This document shows positions 22,428 to 35,001 of a stretch of DNA of 64,000 bases, piece after piece. Under the pieces are notes generated by a model that saw nothing but the letters and a program-made list of their open reading frames with translations, made no database searches and was not told the DNA's origin. Source of the DNA: Epithemia pelagica (Eukaryota > Protista > Bacillariophyta); the NCBI GenBank assembly GCA_946965045.2, contig OX337240.1, positions 496,001 to 560,000 on the forward strand. The letters run 5' to 3'. Position numbers and translations under genes: made by a program. Within the stretch, counting starts at the first letter, position 1; every line of letters starts with the position of its first letter.

Positions 22428-23293
22428 ATGTCAACCGGTAGCATCCCCAAAAGTGAAAAGCAGGTGAAGTTTGTGGGGATTGATCTGGACGTGGAAGAGG
22501 AAAAGACCGACCGAGGAACGCAACTCCGGAAAACCCGTCGGGAACGAAAGAAGGTACGATGAACGGTGACAGTTTGGATGAACGGTGACAGTTTGGATGA
22601 ACGGTGACAGTTTGACAGACTCCACAATGGGTGGCGTTGTGTGCTCGGCTGTCTCAATACCACTGGTATCCATGTTTCTCGTATTAGGCAAAGAAGATGG
22701 CAAAAGCTCGAGAACGACGAAACAGCAAATTGTTCTTGAGGTTCCTAAGAGATGCTTGTACATTGGACGAACGTCGTAGTCGGCTTGGTGGGCTTGATAT
22801 CTTGTATCCAGAAATAGAAGATGCCGGTGAGCGGCTGGAATTGTTCGAGGACTTGTTGATATCTGGTCTACTCCACTTTGAACACGAAGATGAGAGGGAC
22901 TATTTCTATCATACTCTTCAAGCCATCGAGCGGTTTTTTCGACGCATGGGTTATTACACGGATCTCGACAAGTTCCTGCAAGAGCTCAGCTGGGAAGACC
23001 AGGAGGGTAGAGCTGTGAACTGGTTGGGAACCGTACCGCTGCCACATAATCTTTATGTACAATAAATTCTGGAACTTGACTGGCCACCTGTCGTCCAACT
23101 CCAATGGGCAGAGGAGTTCGTCAGGGCACTACGACGTTTCAGGGATGGTCTTGGTACCTTCCGCGCAAGCTCTCTAAGCATTGAAACTCAAAATTCGCTT
23201 AGCAGCATAATGGACTCCGCCACTACGGGGATTGTCGAAGTAAGTTCATCAGAAGACTCCTCAGATGATGAACTACAAGATGAAGAGTTTTGA
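22428..23293 (+). pseudogene. Orphan gene copy 1 (paralog of 28035-28904) with an in-frame TAA
   Basis: Exon 22428-22553, intron 22554-22687 (contains 3 x 19-bp GATGAACGGTGACAGTTTG), exon from 22688. TAA at 23063-23065, then the same frame continues (QLQWAEEFV...) with homology to the paralog C-terminus up to TGA 23291-23293. Confidence 0.7.
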
Positions 23294-24036
23294 TTCACAT
23301 CGATTTCTGATGCACGTCGCTGGTAGACGTTGGAAGATTCTAAGCTCCCAGCTTGGTGAGTTCTCACTTGTTTGATCAAGCATATAATATTATCTATGAG
23401 TTTGCCATTCCTTCACCAATTCTTTCCCAACATGTTCCTTGCCACAGCACCAACTGTTCCACTCAGCTTTCGAATGTGTTGGTCGATGTTTTCCCGGTTA
23501 CTGTTGGTACTAGTTAGAACATAGGTGGATCCAGCATGTTGGATATAGAAGAAAACTCCTCCTCCTCCTCCTCCTCTGGGGGCGATGGGATAGACGTCAC
23601 TCCCATTATAGTCAACGGCCCAGACGGAATCCTGGAGAAAGTGCCGACTCCCTCATCACATATGGGGATCGTGGTCTCGCGTTCCAGGCTGCTAATAATA
23701 GAGTCATTGGGAATCAGAATACTAGGTAGGGAATCACAATACTCCTCCTCCTCCTCTTGGGGAGATAGAATGAGAGGCGTCACTTCCACATTTGTCGCAC
23801 CAGTCCAGATGGAATCCTGGAGAAGAAGAAGGGCAGACGAAGACACACAGCTCTTTCCTGGACGACAACGAACGAACGACCGTGGTGTGCCAGAGTCTCT
23901 AGTTTCTAATAGAAGGATAGGAGTAGTTAGTACAATGGTGTGTGATTCAATCCGTGTGGCCCCCGTCACACAACAGTAGTATACTAGGTATAGTATAGTA
24001 TCGAGTAGACCCTCTCTCTCTCTTTGTGTAGTTCTC

Positions 24037-26973
24037 TTAATCATCAAAGACTTCTTCTTCAAAGTACGACAGAGATGCCAAACTGTGCAAATCACTGTCC
24101 ATGGCACCCAAGGTTGTGGTGGTTGCATGATAGTGGGCCGCCGACGACGTCGAAGAGGACCGCAGATTCAAGACGGAAGGTGGTGGGACTCCGGTAAATC
24201 GTGGCGGCAAATAGCCTCGACTCGCACTCGCGACACTGCCCCCACTACTACTGGGAATGGGTGCACTGTGCGAATGATGCAGCAATGCGGGCGCGGCCGG
24301 ATTCAATGCTGTCGTCGTCGTGAGGGTCGTGGTCCGGGCGGCATGCAATTGATTGGCCGATCCTTCACACAAGGCCGTCATGGCAAAACAGGCTTCACTC
24401 CGGACATCGGCATCGGAATTCCAATAATCTTGCAAGGCCTGAGCCATCACGCCAAACCCATTGGCCTTGGCAAAGGCTTGCAATCGCTTGGGATTGTTTT
24501 GACACAAATTGGCCAAGGCTCCACAGGCATTTTTTTGCACGGCCGGACTGGACCGGTGATGTTGCATGGCTTGGACAATGGCGGCCATGCCCCCGTCGGT
24601 ATCCAGCGTCATGTCCTTGGTGGCATTCGTACAGGTCAAATTCCACAGGGCCGCCCAGGCGGCTTCGTGGACGGCTGCATTGGCAAAGTGTCCCATCATG
24701 GCGGCCAAAATGGTTTCGACGCCACCCACTTGTTCAATGGCAATTTCATTGTCGGTATCCAAGGCCAATTTTTCCAAGGCTTGACAACCCGCCACTTGAA
24801 TGTCGGAGTGCGTCGCGTGACTTTCCATGGCCCGCACGACGGCCAACAAGCCACCCGTCCGGGCAATCAAACTCCGCGCCTTGTCCGAGGCCGCTTCCAT
24901 GGTAATGTGTTGGAGGGCGGCCAATACGGTAGCCTCGTTGGGACTCCACAAATCGGATCGAATAATGTCGGCCGTCGTCTTTTTGCGTACGACCAAGGCT
25001 TGTTGCGCCGAGGCCATGGCCATGGCCGCAGCGGCCGACGTGCTGTGGGCCGAAACGGAATCGCTCGAGGTCGTGGTTGTCACAGTCGCTGTGGGAGGAC
25101 TGGAGGACTTTTCCACGGCTTCCGACGACGACGTCAAAAAAGCAGCCGACGGAGAATGATTCTTCAAGGATTTTCGAGTCGTGTCGTCTTCGTCCTTGGG
25201 TGAGGCGACGGGAGATGGATGCAAGGCGGGTGCCGTAATGGTCGTCGGCGGTCCTTGTGGCTCATCGGACACTGGTGGTGGTATCGTCTCCTCTTTCGTT
25301 GTTGCTACAGGTTCCGTCGTCGTCGTCGGGGGCACTGCTGCCGACTGGGAAACGGGTTCTGGTAGTTGTGGCACGGCCGTGTCTCCTCCTTCGTGGGGCG
25401 CCAGGGTTCGCAATTCCGGACTCTTGTCGGTGGACAACAACTCGGACAATTCCAAAATGGTGGCCACGGGGGAGACTTGAGGCGTCACGACGGTATCCAA
25501 TTCTCGTTGCACATCTCGGGCCTTGGGCGACGAGGCTGCTGCAGTTGAACCATCCAGACTCCGTGTGGGAGACGCGGCCGGACTCTGTCGCAACGCTTCG
25601 GTGGGATCGAGTTCCACGGTATTCTTCAAAGGAGACGAGTGGGGTGGGTCGTCAGTCACTCGTTCCAAGGATGCCGCAGCGGCCACTGACGATTGTGTCA
25701 GAGAGGGTGGTGCCAAGGGTGGTTCAGCTTGCTGTTGCTGTTGTTGCAACAAGGTGGTGACGACTTCGGCGGCCGCCGCAGCCGCGGGGGACAGAGCCGC
25801 TTCCGCGGCGGCTGTGGAGGGAGACGGTGGTGCCCCTTGTTCCGTAGGCGTCGTGCTAGTAGGCACAGCGGGTACTTCTTCCACCAACAGGTTGGTGGAC
25901 GTGGCGTTCACGGGCACACTCACCAGTGGTACGGCCGAGGCGGGCGAAATGACATCGCCCAAACTGACAATGATTGGTGTCGGTGTCACGGCTCGATCCT
26001 TGTGGTCGTCGTCGTCTGCTGCTTGGGTCGAAGCAGTGGCCAAAAGTTTGGACACGACTTGGGAACTGGTACTTCGCACACTGTCGCCAGCGACACTGTC
26101 CGTTTGTTCGGGCGACAGTAGGGCCGGACGCACGGCCACGGGACGGGGATGCAACAAATCACGGGCCAATGGAGCACCGGCTGCGGCCACGGGAGACTTC
26201 TTGTCGTTCTCGTCGTCGGGCTCGGCCGACGATTGGGGACCGAGCAAATCGGGAAAGGCCATGTGAACCATGGCGGACGACGCCAGGGGCGTCCCTCCCA
26301 AACTGCCATGGTCCGTGGCACTGCCGTCCTCGTCCAAGGTGGTTTCCGTTCCTTCTTCTTCGGGAATACTTTCGGCACCATAACTGGTACAGGGCAAAAG
26401 GACTCCATCTTCCTTTTTTTCCTCCTCTTGGGACCGAGTGGTCGTCGATCCGAGCGGAGACGGTTGTGCGTGTGGCGGTTCGGTGGTGGTGGTATTCAAG
26501 ACCAAGTCGGGCTTTTTCTTGCGACGTCGAAAAAAGCCACGCTTTTCCTTCTTGCCATTGCCCAACGAGGCCTGCGACGAAGCGGTCGAAAGGGGAGAGG
26601 CGGGATCCGGCATGCTGGACGAGCGCAATATAGTACGAATCGGAGACGACGGAATCTTGGTGTGTTCGGAGGAGTTGTGTGGCACACTACTGCGTCGTCG
26701 AAAAACTTGCTTGTGGTGGTTGTGGTTGCTTTGGCGAGGGGGTGACGAGGTGCTGCTGCTGGTACTGCTGAGACTGGTGGGCAAGGTGTCCACCGTCGCA
26801 AGAGTGTCGGGAAGAGTGTGCTCGTTGGTGGTGTCTGGTTTGGTGGTAACGACTGGGATAGGGGCGGCCTGTTCTTGTTGGTGGGCCGAGTCGTTCCAAG
26901 TGTGGTTTTGATTGTTTCCTTCGGTTCCTTCTTGTTGTTGTTCTTGTGCACTACTACTCACTTCGTTGCCCAT
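24037..26973 (-). CDS. Armadillo-repeat protein with long disordered N-terminus and predicted N-myristoylation site
   Basis: 978-aa ORF beginning MGNEVSS (MGxxxS). About 4-5 ARM repeats, e.g. GGLLAVVRAM...IQVAGCQALEKLA, GGVETILAAM...VHEAAWAALWNLT, GGMAAIVQAM...VQKNACGALANLC. Confidence 0.85.
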   Translation of the reverse strand: MGNEVSSSAQEQQQEGTEGNNQNHTWNDSAHQQEQAAPIPVVTTKPDTTNEHTLPDTLATVDTLPTSLSSTSSSTSSPPRQSNHNHHKQVFRRRSSVPHNSSEHTKIPSSPIRTILRSSSMPDPASPLSTASSQASLGNGKKEKRGFFRRRKKKPDLVLNTTTTEPPHAQPSPLGSTTTRSQEEEKKEDGVLLPCTSYGAESIPEEEGTETTLDEDGSATDHGSLGGTPLASSAMVHMAFPDLLGPQSSAEPDDENDKKSPVAAAGAPLARDLLHPRPVAVRPALLSPEQTDSVAGDSVRSTSSQVVSKLLATASTQAADDDDHKDRAVTPTPIIVSLGDVISPASAVPLVSVPVNATSTNLLVEEVPAVPTSTTPTEQGAPPSPSTAAAEAALSPAAAAAAEVVTTLLQQQQQQAEPPLAPPSLTQSSVAAAASLERVTDDPPHSSPLKNTVELDPTEALRQSPAASPTRSLDGSTAAASSPKARDVQRELDTVVTPQVSPVATILELSELLSTDKSPELRTLAPHEGGDTAVPQLPEPVSQSAAVPPTTTTEPVATTKEETIPPPVSDEPQGPPTTITAPALHPSPVASPKDEDDTTRKSLKNHSPSAAFLTSSSEAVEKSSSPPTATVTTTTSSDSVSAHSTSAAAAMAMASAQQALVVRKKTTADIIRSDLWSPNEATVLAALQHITMEAASDKARSLIARTGGLLAVVRAMESHATHSDIQVAGCQALEKLALDTDNEIAIEQVGGVETILAAMMGHFANAAVHEAAWAALWNLTCTNATKDMTLDTDGGMAAIVQAMQHHRSSPAVQKNACGALANLCQNNPKRLQAFAKANGFGVMAQALQDYWNSDADVRSEACFAMTALCEGSANQLHAARTTTLTTTTALNPAAPALLHHSHSAPIPSSSGGSVASASRGYLPPRFTGVPPPSVLNLRSSSTSSAAHYHATTTTLGAMDSDLHSLASLSYFEEEVFDD

Positions 26974-28034
26974 GAGCCGTTTGCCGTGGTGATGGGGAGT
27001 GTTGTTGTGACTGTAGTGGTTGAAATTCCTGTGTCAACCACACAAGAGAGGATGGACGGAGAGGGTATTCGACACGGTTGGTGGTGGTGATGGTGATTCT
27101 CTCGTGAATTCTTCCAAGCTGCAGCAAGAAGAACACTGGCAATCCTGCAAAATTGCAAGTTCAAACGCACGATGGAGAAGGAGGTGGAAACACACAAGGC
27201 GTGTAGAGTGTGTTTGTCACTCGTCTCTCTCTCTCTCTCGGAACGAAGGAACCCCGTCTCCTCGGTCACAGAGTATGGTTTGTGTTTTTTTTTTCACTTT
27301 GTTGCTTTGTATTGGTAAATCTCCTTGGTGAACGCGCACAGCCAGCAAACGATGCTCGACAATCTCTCTCTCTTGTGTGTAGGAAAAGGAGGATGCCGCA
27401 ACGACTCTTTCCAAACACCAACGAGGGTCCGGAGTGCGCTCAATCAATCTTGTTGTTGTACTCTTCTGGTTTCTCTGTCGCCATGGGCTTTGGTCGTTCT
27501 CACAGAGCAACTGCTGCACGGTTGGTTCGAGAACGATGCTCAACGCATGCAGGCGTGCTCGAAAGGGAAACCCAAGCGTTTCAAATCAAGGCATGGTAAT
27601 AATCTTCCAATCAAACTGTAGAAGGACAAACGCTCCAGTAGTGTCCATCCCGATTTGAATCTTGTGCGACGCCGGGCCGATCCAGCCAGCAAAGCTACGT
27701 CGGGCCAACGGATCCCCACATTCACGAACTGTCGACGCGCGCCCGGCGGACAACCGGACGTGATGTCATTCTCACAATTTGTGGCGAACAAGCCACACAC
27801 ACACACAAGAAACAAGAACCATGTGTCATCGAGAGAGTCACTCCTCTCCCCACTGCTCGGTTGGGGGGATCCGCTCGTGTGAATATAAAGCTGGGAGTGG
27901 AACAGTTGGTGCGGTCGCAAGGAACCATGTTGGGAAACTTGGTGGAGAAATGGCAAATTTATAGAGTCTACATGCGTGATCCAACCAGTGAAAACTCAAG
28001 AGCTGGGAACTTGTAATCTTCCAACGTCTGTGCA

Positions 28035-28904
28035 TCAGAAATCAAACACTTCATCTTCTCGTTCGGAGGAGTCTTTGAATGAACTTGCTTCGACATTTCC
28101 CCCAGTGGCCGCGTTCATTACGTCATGAATCATAGTTTGATGTTCCTTGTTGAGAGAACGTGCCGGAACGGTACCAATCCCACGCCCCGTCTTTCGTAGT
28201 TCCGCGACAAACTGCTCGGCCCATTCGAGATTTGGTGGCTGGGAAGCAGCAGCAGCAAGTTCATTTCGTGGCATCGGAAGAATTCCTGGTGCACCACCAT
28301 GATGTTGTGGCACTGATGGGTTGGTAGCGGTTCCCAACCAGGCGACCGGGTCCCCGTACTGGTCTTCCCAACTGAGCTCTTGCAGGAACTTGTCCAGATC
28401 CGTGTAAAAACCCATGCGTCGAAAAGACAACTCAATGGCTTGAAGAGTATGATAGAAATAGTCCCTCTCATCTTGGTCTTCAAAGTGGAGTCGAGGAGAT
28501 GCCAATAACTCCTCGAACAACTGTAGCCGCTGATCGTCATCTTCGATTTCTGGATACAAGATCTCAAGCCCGGCACGAAGCCGATTGCGACGTTCATTCG
28601 GTGTACAAGCATCTCGTAGGAACCTCAAGAACAATCTGGTGTTTCGTCGTTCTCGAGCTTTTGCCATCTTCTTTGCCTAATACGAGAAACATGGATACCA
28701 GTGGTATTGAGACAGCAGAGCACACAAAGCAATCCACTGTGGAGTCATGCAAACTGTAGTGTGGCACCGTTCGTCTCGTACCTTCTTTCGTTCCCGGCGG
28801 GTTTTCCGGAGCTGAGTTCCCCGGTCGGTCTTTTCATCTTCCAAGTCTAGATCAATCCCCACAAACTCCACCTGCTTTTCTCTTGTTGGGATGCCGGTTG
28901 ACAT
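28035..28904 (-). CDS. Orphan gene copy 2, 254 aa, unknown function
   Basis: Exon 28904-28782, intron 28781-28677 (GTACG...TATTAG), exon 28676-28035. Same intron position as the 22428 copy, with strong amino-acid similarity to it. Confidence 0.7.
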
Positions 28905-29530
28905 TTGGAACCGGTTTCGTGATTTCGTCTTGTTCTCCGCGGTAGGACTGACTCTGCCTGCTGCTGCTGTTTGGTTTCATGGTGATTGTGAGTTGTGAGG
29001 GGACCGATCCAAAACGAGATTTTGTTGCAATCCAAGACTTAGACTCCTTGAGTAATCTTAACCCTAATGAATTGAAATTCCATCAACGCAATCACGCCAA
29101 TCACGGGACTCCATCAACCTCTCATGTTGTTTCTCTTGTGCAAGGCAGGATAAAGTCAGAACGATAATGACAATTCTACTACTACTAGGAGTATACATCA
29201 AGCATCGGCCTGTAGCAGAGGTCGAGAGAGGTGGGCAGTGGGGCGGATGAGTGTGCCTACTGCCTACTACCGGATCCAAACGACTTGTATTTGTTCTCGC
29301 AACGATTGGTTAAAACTAGAGGACGTGGGCCGTGACAAGCAAGACCTGATTTATACTGTAGTTGTTGGTTTATATAAGACTAGAACAAGATCTTGCGTTT
29401 TTTAAAACATGGCGTATATGTTCCCTGAAAAATGGAAGAACGAGCAGTTTGCAGTTTTGTTGTTGTTGATATCACAACAAGAAAGATGCTCCTTTTCTTC
29501 TTCTTCTTTGTTCAAAACGAAATGGTTGTT

Positions 29531-31256
29531 CTACGAAGAAGCACGACGGGCTTTTCGTGATCTTCGAGGTGCCACCGCATTTCCCTTGTTGTTCTTCTTG
29601 TTGGTGGTTTCGTCATTCTGATTGTTGTTGCTGAACATTGCCTCGGGCTGTTTTCGGGCTGTCGTGGGGCTCGTCGTAGGACTCAGTGGTGGCTTTCTTT
29701 GCGTAGATCGTGGTGAGAGAGAGGATACACGAGGAGGCATTTGTACCACCGCCATGGAGTCAAAGGTTTCTTCCGAGGGTGACGAACTCAAGCCCGCGGC
29801 TGTAGCAAAGGTTTCCGGTTCTTCGAGTGGTTTGCTTGATTCTCCTTGGAAGGACTTTCCTTGTTGTTGACGACGGGCTTGGACCTTGGACCTCAAATTG
29901 CCTTGTTCGGTGGTACTGGTACTGCAACCGAGACCATAGTCTTCGTCGAGGAAGCGATCATGGCGACTTTCACTCTGAGAGTCAGCGCTTCCATTGCTGC
30001 TTCCACTTCCATTGACGTAATCATATTCCTGTTCATCCTTGGAGAAATAGGGGCGAATCACTACATCAACGGCACCATGACGAGCCCGTTTTCTCCACTT
30101 TTCGTACTGAGCAAGTCCGAGCATGACAGTTCCCGCCAAGACCAACAAAATGGCGGGAAGGAAGCGGACCACATCGTGATACATGCCGGTACCTTGTGAC
30201 ATGCGTCGAGAATAGGTGACCAAACGACCGTAGGGGTCCGGACAGGCCGAGTCCACCAACACGTTGCAAGTGTCCGAGTACAAGAGCACATCGAGTGGAT
30301 AGGAGAGTTCGACTATTCCGTCCCCTTCCCCTTCTTTATTTTCTTCTCCGCCCCTATAGACGTCGTCACTGTAACTCTGCGAATACTGCTGATTGGAGCT
30401 GTCGTAAATGGCCATACAATCGAGCGATTGGAGTTGCTGATTGGCCATTTTCAACACCTCCGAGGTACCGGTGTAGGCCTTGCGGTTGCATGTGGCACTG
30501 TTGTAAGTTTCAACTTGAAACCCAAGACCATTGGTCGTACAACCAAGAGAATAAGAAGTCGCGTTGGGGTACCGAACAGCGCCCATGACGCCATAATTGC
30601 TGTAACCATCGTCGTTGTAATTGTCCCCTTCGTAGTCCATGACGCACTCGGAACTAAAGCCCATGCCTTCGCCACCCCTATTATTATTGTTGTTATGTTC
30701 ATTGTTGTTCTCGCCGCCGCCATAGGAAAAGTAATCATCGTCGTATCCAGAACCAAGATGACCCATCATTTGCATGGCTTGGACAAATATCTGGACACCA
30801 TATCGAGTGTAAAACGAGTTGATAAAGGTGGCTCTTCTACAACCTCGGTCTCTTCTTCCTGCCAAAATACCATAGAGAGAAAAGGCAACATTGGCACGAT
30901 AGGGTTGTGTGTTTTCCATGTACCAAAATTCTTCATCGTCCAGATTTTCGTCGTTGTTGTAGGGTTCTCCATAAGCCGACCATCTAGAATGAAAAACGAG
31001 GTTAGAGGAGGAGACACCAGAAACAAGATAACCCATTGGATTCCACTTACGCGCAGCCGTGATACTGGACATAAAGTTTGTCAAATTTTCCCAAGTCCGT
31101 CAATACATCCGCCGCCTCATGCCAATACATGCGGTCAAGAACGTTTGGATTGCTCAATCCGGCAGGGTAATAGGTAGAATCTTTTGCAGCATGGACCTCC
31201 TTCGACATGCCGTAGAGGCATGCTACAAGCACTGCCGACACGAGAGAAGACGCCAT
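29531..31256 (-). CDS. Family B Cys-rich type I membrane protein, copy B1 (552 aa)
   Basis: Exon 31256-31051, intron 31050-30984, exon 30983-29531. Signal peptide (...VHA-AKDSTYYP), MYW..A.DVL.DL.KF.KLYV.YHGC motif, TM FLPAILLVLAGTVMLGLA, low-complexity cytosolic tail. Confidence 0.8.
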
Positions 31257-31914
31257 GGTGTGCGCAACAAGTCAATCGGGACACACGAGTTTCCTTTCCC
31301 AAACTCTCCCAAGGTTTGCCACAAAGGTGCTCTGGTTTCTTCAAAATGTGCGCCCAGTCGCGTTTGTCGCTCATTTCAGCGATCCTCCGCATTTCCTACA
31401 ATAGCAAGAACAAAAACTGTAAGTAATTTTTTCGATGTCCAAGCGCGCCCGCTCGTTTACCACGATCAATGTTCGTCTACTTAGACATTTCACACGTGGT
31501 GATAGAATACTTAATGAGTCAGCGAAAACATATCACTGTACGGTTGTTAAATAGTTTTCTATAGTCCTGTACACATGGATGAAGATGCGGTTGGGAAGAT
31601 CCGCCGTTCCCCCAGATTCTTTTACCTTTTCAATTGCCCACGTCGTGCCATCTTGGGTCATGCACGCGACCTCTCAGCAAAGCGATCAAAACGTCGGGTG
31701 AGCACAAAACATCATCACAATCGCTACAAAATACTCGCACTGTCTTCTTGCACCAAGCAGCACGCAGAGCCACGTCCTATTCGTATTGAGTGGCCTATTC
31801 CTCTTAACAAACTTATATTATTTATCATTGACCAAAATCGAAACGGATCGCTAGGTATCGCGTTAGTAGTCTTTAGTAATCGTCAGACGTTGCCGGAATC
31901 AGTGGAGTGCCTCT

Positions 31915-32857
31915 CTAAAGTCGACCGGGGGCGACTTCCTTGGAACGTCTCCAGGCCTGAAACAGTACAAAGGCGCTCCAAAGGAAAAAGACAGAGGAAA
32001 AACCAACCATCAAAAACTCGTTGGTGATCCAAGGATTGACCGAAAATCGACCGGGGTAGACCGTGTTGAATTGTTTATCGTATTTTTGGGGATCTTTCAA
32101 TAATAGCTTTTTAAATTGCTCAGAGTCCAACAATTTGTCTTTATCGAAGGTAGCATACTTTACAGACAGATTCACATCTCTGTGATTGATGAAGCATGAT
32201 TTAGGTCAGAAAGAAAAGAGATTGACGACAGGGAAGTAGTGTCCCACAAAACACTTACTTGTATCCGGCATCGTCCTCGCACGTGTAATGTCCTTTGGAA
32301 TCACCATTACCATAGTCGTCTTCAGCGTCGTAGTAATCCCCGTAACAGTCTTCGTAGGACCAATCATATACTTATGGGTCATCGTATTGTTCGTAGTAAT
32401 ACCAGTAATGATCCTCAACATGCCAGAACATTTTGCTACAAATGTTTGGATTTCTTCATCCGAGAGAAAAATGGTAGTGTTATATAGCAAGAAAGAAGAG
32501 GGTGTCGATTCGGAAGGATTGGCCCACAGGCGAGTGTTGGTCCAACAATACCACTTACTTGTATCCTGCATCATCGCTTGACCAAAAATGTCCAATGGAC
32601 TCGTCGTCGTATTCATCATCTTCACACTCGCCGCAAATACTTTCGAATCTGGTATGGTTATAGTGGTCGCCTGATTCACCGTACTTTTCGTTGTAGTACC
32701 AGTACTGAGGATCCGATAAATGCCAGAACATATTGTTACAAATGAATGGATCTCTCAATTCGATGGTGTAATACGTAGACTCTTTTGCCGCATGGACCTC
32801 CTTCGCCATGCCGTAGATGCAGGCCATGAGGATTGTTAACACAAGAGAAGATGCCAT
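31915..32857 (-). pseudogene. Chimeric degenerate copy: family B N-terminus fused to family A C-terminal exons
   Basis: Starts MASSLVLTILMACIYGMAKEVHAAKESTYY (B1-like), then two successive copies of the family A exon-2 end (...DDAGYK|GTAAGT, the second with stops or frameshifts), then a copy of family A exon 3 (...WRRSKEVAPGRL). Confidence 0.7.
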
Positions 32858-33200
32858 GGTTGGTGGATACAGTCAAGTTCTACGTCGTTTCCTTTCCCAA
32901 AGTCCCAATGATTCTTCTCTCTCTCTTCCTACTGTGCGTCTCCAGTCGCGTTTGTCGCTTATTTCAGCGATCCTCCGCATTTCATGGGACCGGGACTTCA
33001 GCGCCGGCTCTTGTTTTCCACGACCTGATCATTCTATTGTATTCCGGGCCCTTCACCATGGACTTGACACTTTTAAAAAGGATCATGAAGTATTATTTTA
33101 ACAAAGACTGATATTCACGTTGGCCCAAACATAAACAGGGTGTTGCCATTCTAGAAGAGAAGAAAGACTGCGAAAAAGTACACAAGTCAGCAGTCCCTCC

Positions 33201-34954
33201 TCAGTAATCGCCAGAGGTGGCCGGAACCAAGGGTGCCTTGAGTCGTCCCGGTGCGACTTCCTTGGAACGTCTCCAAGATTGACAGAGGACGTAGGCACTT
33301 CCAATGAAAAAGACCGAGGCAAAGCCGACAGCCAAAAAGTCCCAGGCGCCCCACTGACCGTGCATGGACAAATGATGGGATCCTTCGCCGGGACTCAACG
33401 AAAACGGACCCACATAGACGGGATTGATGGTGTTTTGATTGGCACCAATCAAAATATCGTGAAAGGTGGCCGCCATCATCTGGGTATGGGTAGCAAACTT
33501 CATACACTGATTGACATTTCTATGGTACGTGAAAGATGTTTGTGTTAGAGAGGAGAGAAGAAGAGAATGTCAAAAGGACTGTGGTCGGACAACAACAACA
33601 CTTACTTGTATCCGGCATCGTCTTCGCACGTGAAATGTCCTTGGGAATCGTCGTTGCTATAGTCGTCTTCATAGTCTTCGCATTCCCCGTAAATGTTGTT
33701 GTATAAGGCTTGGTAATAGTCATCGTCGGGTTCCCCGTAGTGTTCGTAGTAGTACCAGTAATGCCCGTACATGGTTTTGTAGTAGTCGTCAGTCTTTTCC
33801 ACTTCCTGACACTGATTCACTTCTTCGTATTCGGCATACAGGTTGTAAGTTTTGCAGGGTTGACATTGCTTGTACATTTGCATGGCTTGATTCCAATAGT
33901 CAATGTAATAGACCAGATCGGCCAGTTCGAGGTCGCCCCCGTGGTTGTTCTCATTGCGATAGCCTTGATACATGGACAAAATGTCCGAGATATCTTCATT
34001 TCCAGTATAGTCGACCGAGCATCGGGCATCCGTGTACAAACCCACGGTAATATCGGCATTGGACAATGGCTTGACGTCAAAATACAAATAATTGCCGTGA
34101 TTGTCCGTCACACCCGTGTTGGTACACCCTTGAGGCCAGAGTTCTCGCATGGTTTGCATAAATTCGTAGGTATCGTCATCCCATACACAAATACCTTGAT
34201 GCTTAAAGAGTTGTTCGTAGAACTGGGCAAAGTTGGGCTCTTTGAAGAACCCGAGCAACCGAAAGTGATCGGATCCCTGGAGATGACAATCCATCCGGGC
34301 ACATCGGCGGCCGTTGTTGTTGCTGTTGCCGTTGTTGCCGTCGTTGTTGTAGTTCCCATCGTATTCGGCCATTTCTTCGCAGGCCGCGTCGTTCCAGCCA
34401 CCGTAGTCACTGTCATAGTACATGTACTCCCCAATGCCTCCTCCTTCATAATAGACATCAATGTACTGTCAAGTGGACAAAAAGATTGAGGGTGAGTGTG
34501 TTGCTGCCGCTTTTTCGAGTCGCGCTCCTCCTCCCCGATCGAACGGAATACGTACCGCAGCCCACAAGAGATAGCGCACACAGGCTCCACTTTCATAGTC
34601 TTGATTGTTTTCGTCTTCCCCCTGCAAGTTTCGTCGTTCATTGTATCCTTGTTCTTGAGCGTAACAATCAATGTAAAAGCCCAAGAGACGCCAGGCTTGC
34701 GCACCTTCGGGCCAAAAGGTTTCACTGCCATCGGCAAAGTAGTCTCGGTAATGATAAGAATTGGAGGACGAAGTAGCACGTCGTTGTTGTTGTTGTTGTT
34801 GATAGTTTCTCATGTATTCAATGGCTTCTGGATCGGCCGCCGCCATGAAACCCGTACCGTCATCGTCCACCGACCACGCATTGTTGGGCAAATCACTGTT
34901 GGTGTAAAAGGCCTTGTCGGCGGATCCCTCAAAATTCCACCAGTTATTGCTGTT

Positions 34955-35001
<47 letters not shown>

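Noticed and set aside
23514-24128. 204-aa minus-strand ORF with two SP.EEEEE repeats
   Set aside because: No ATG start in a convincing position, overlaps the ARM gene 3' end, and low complexity. It cannot be supported without transcripts.
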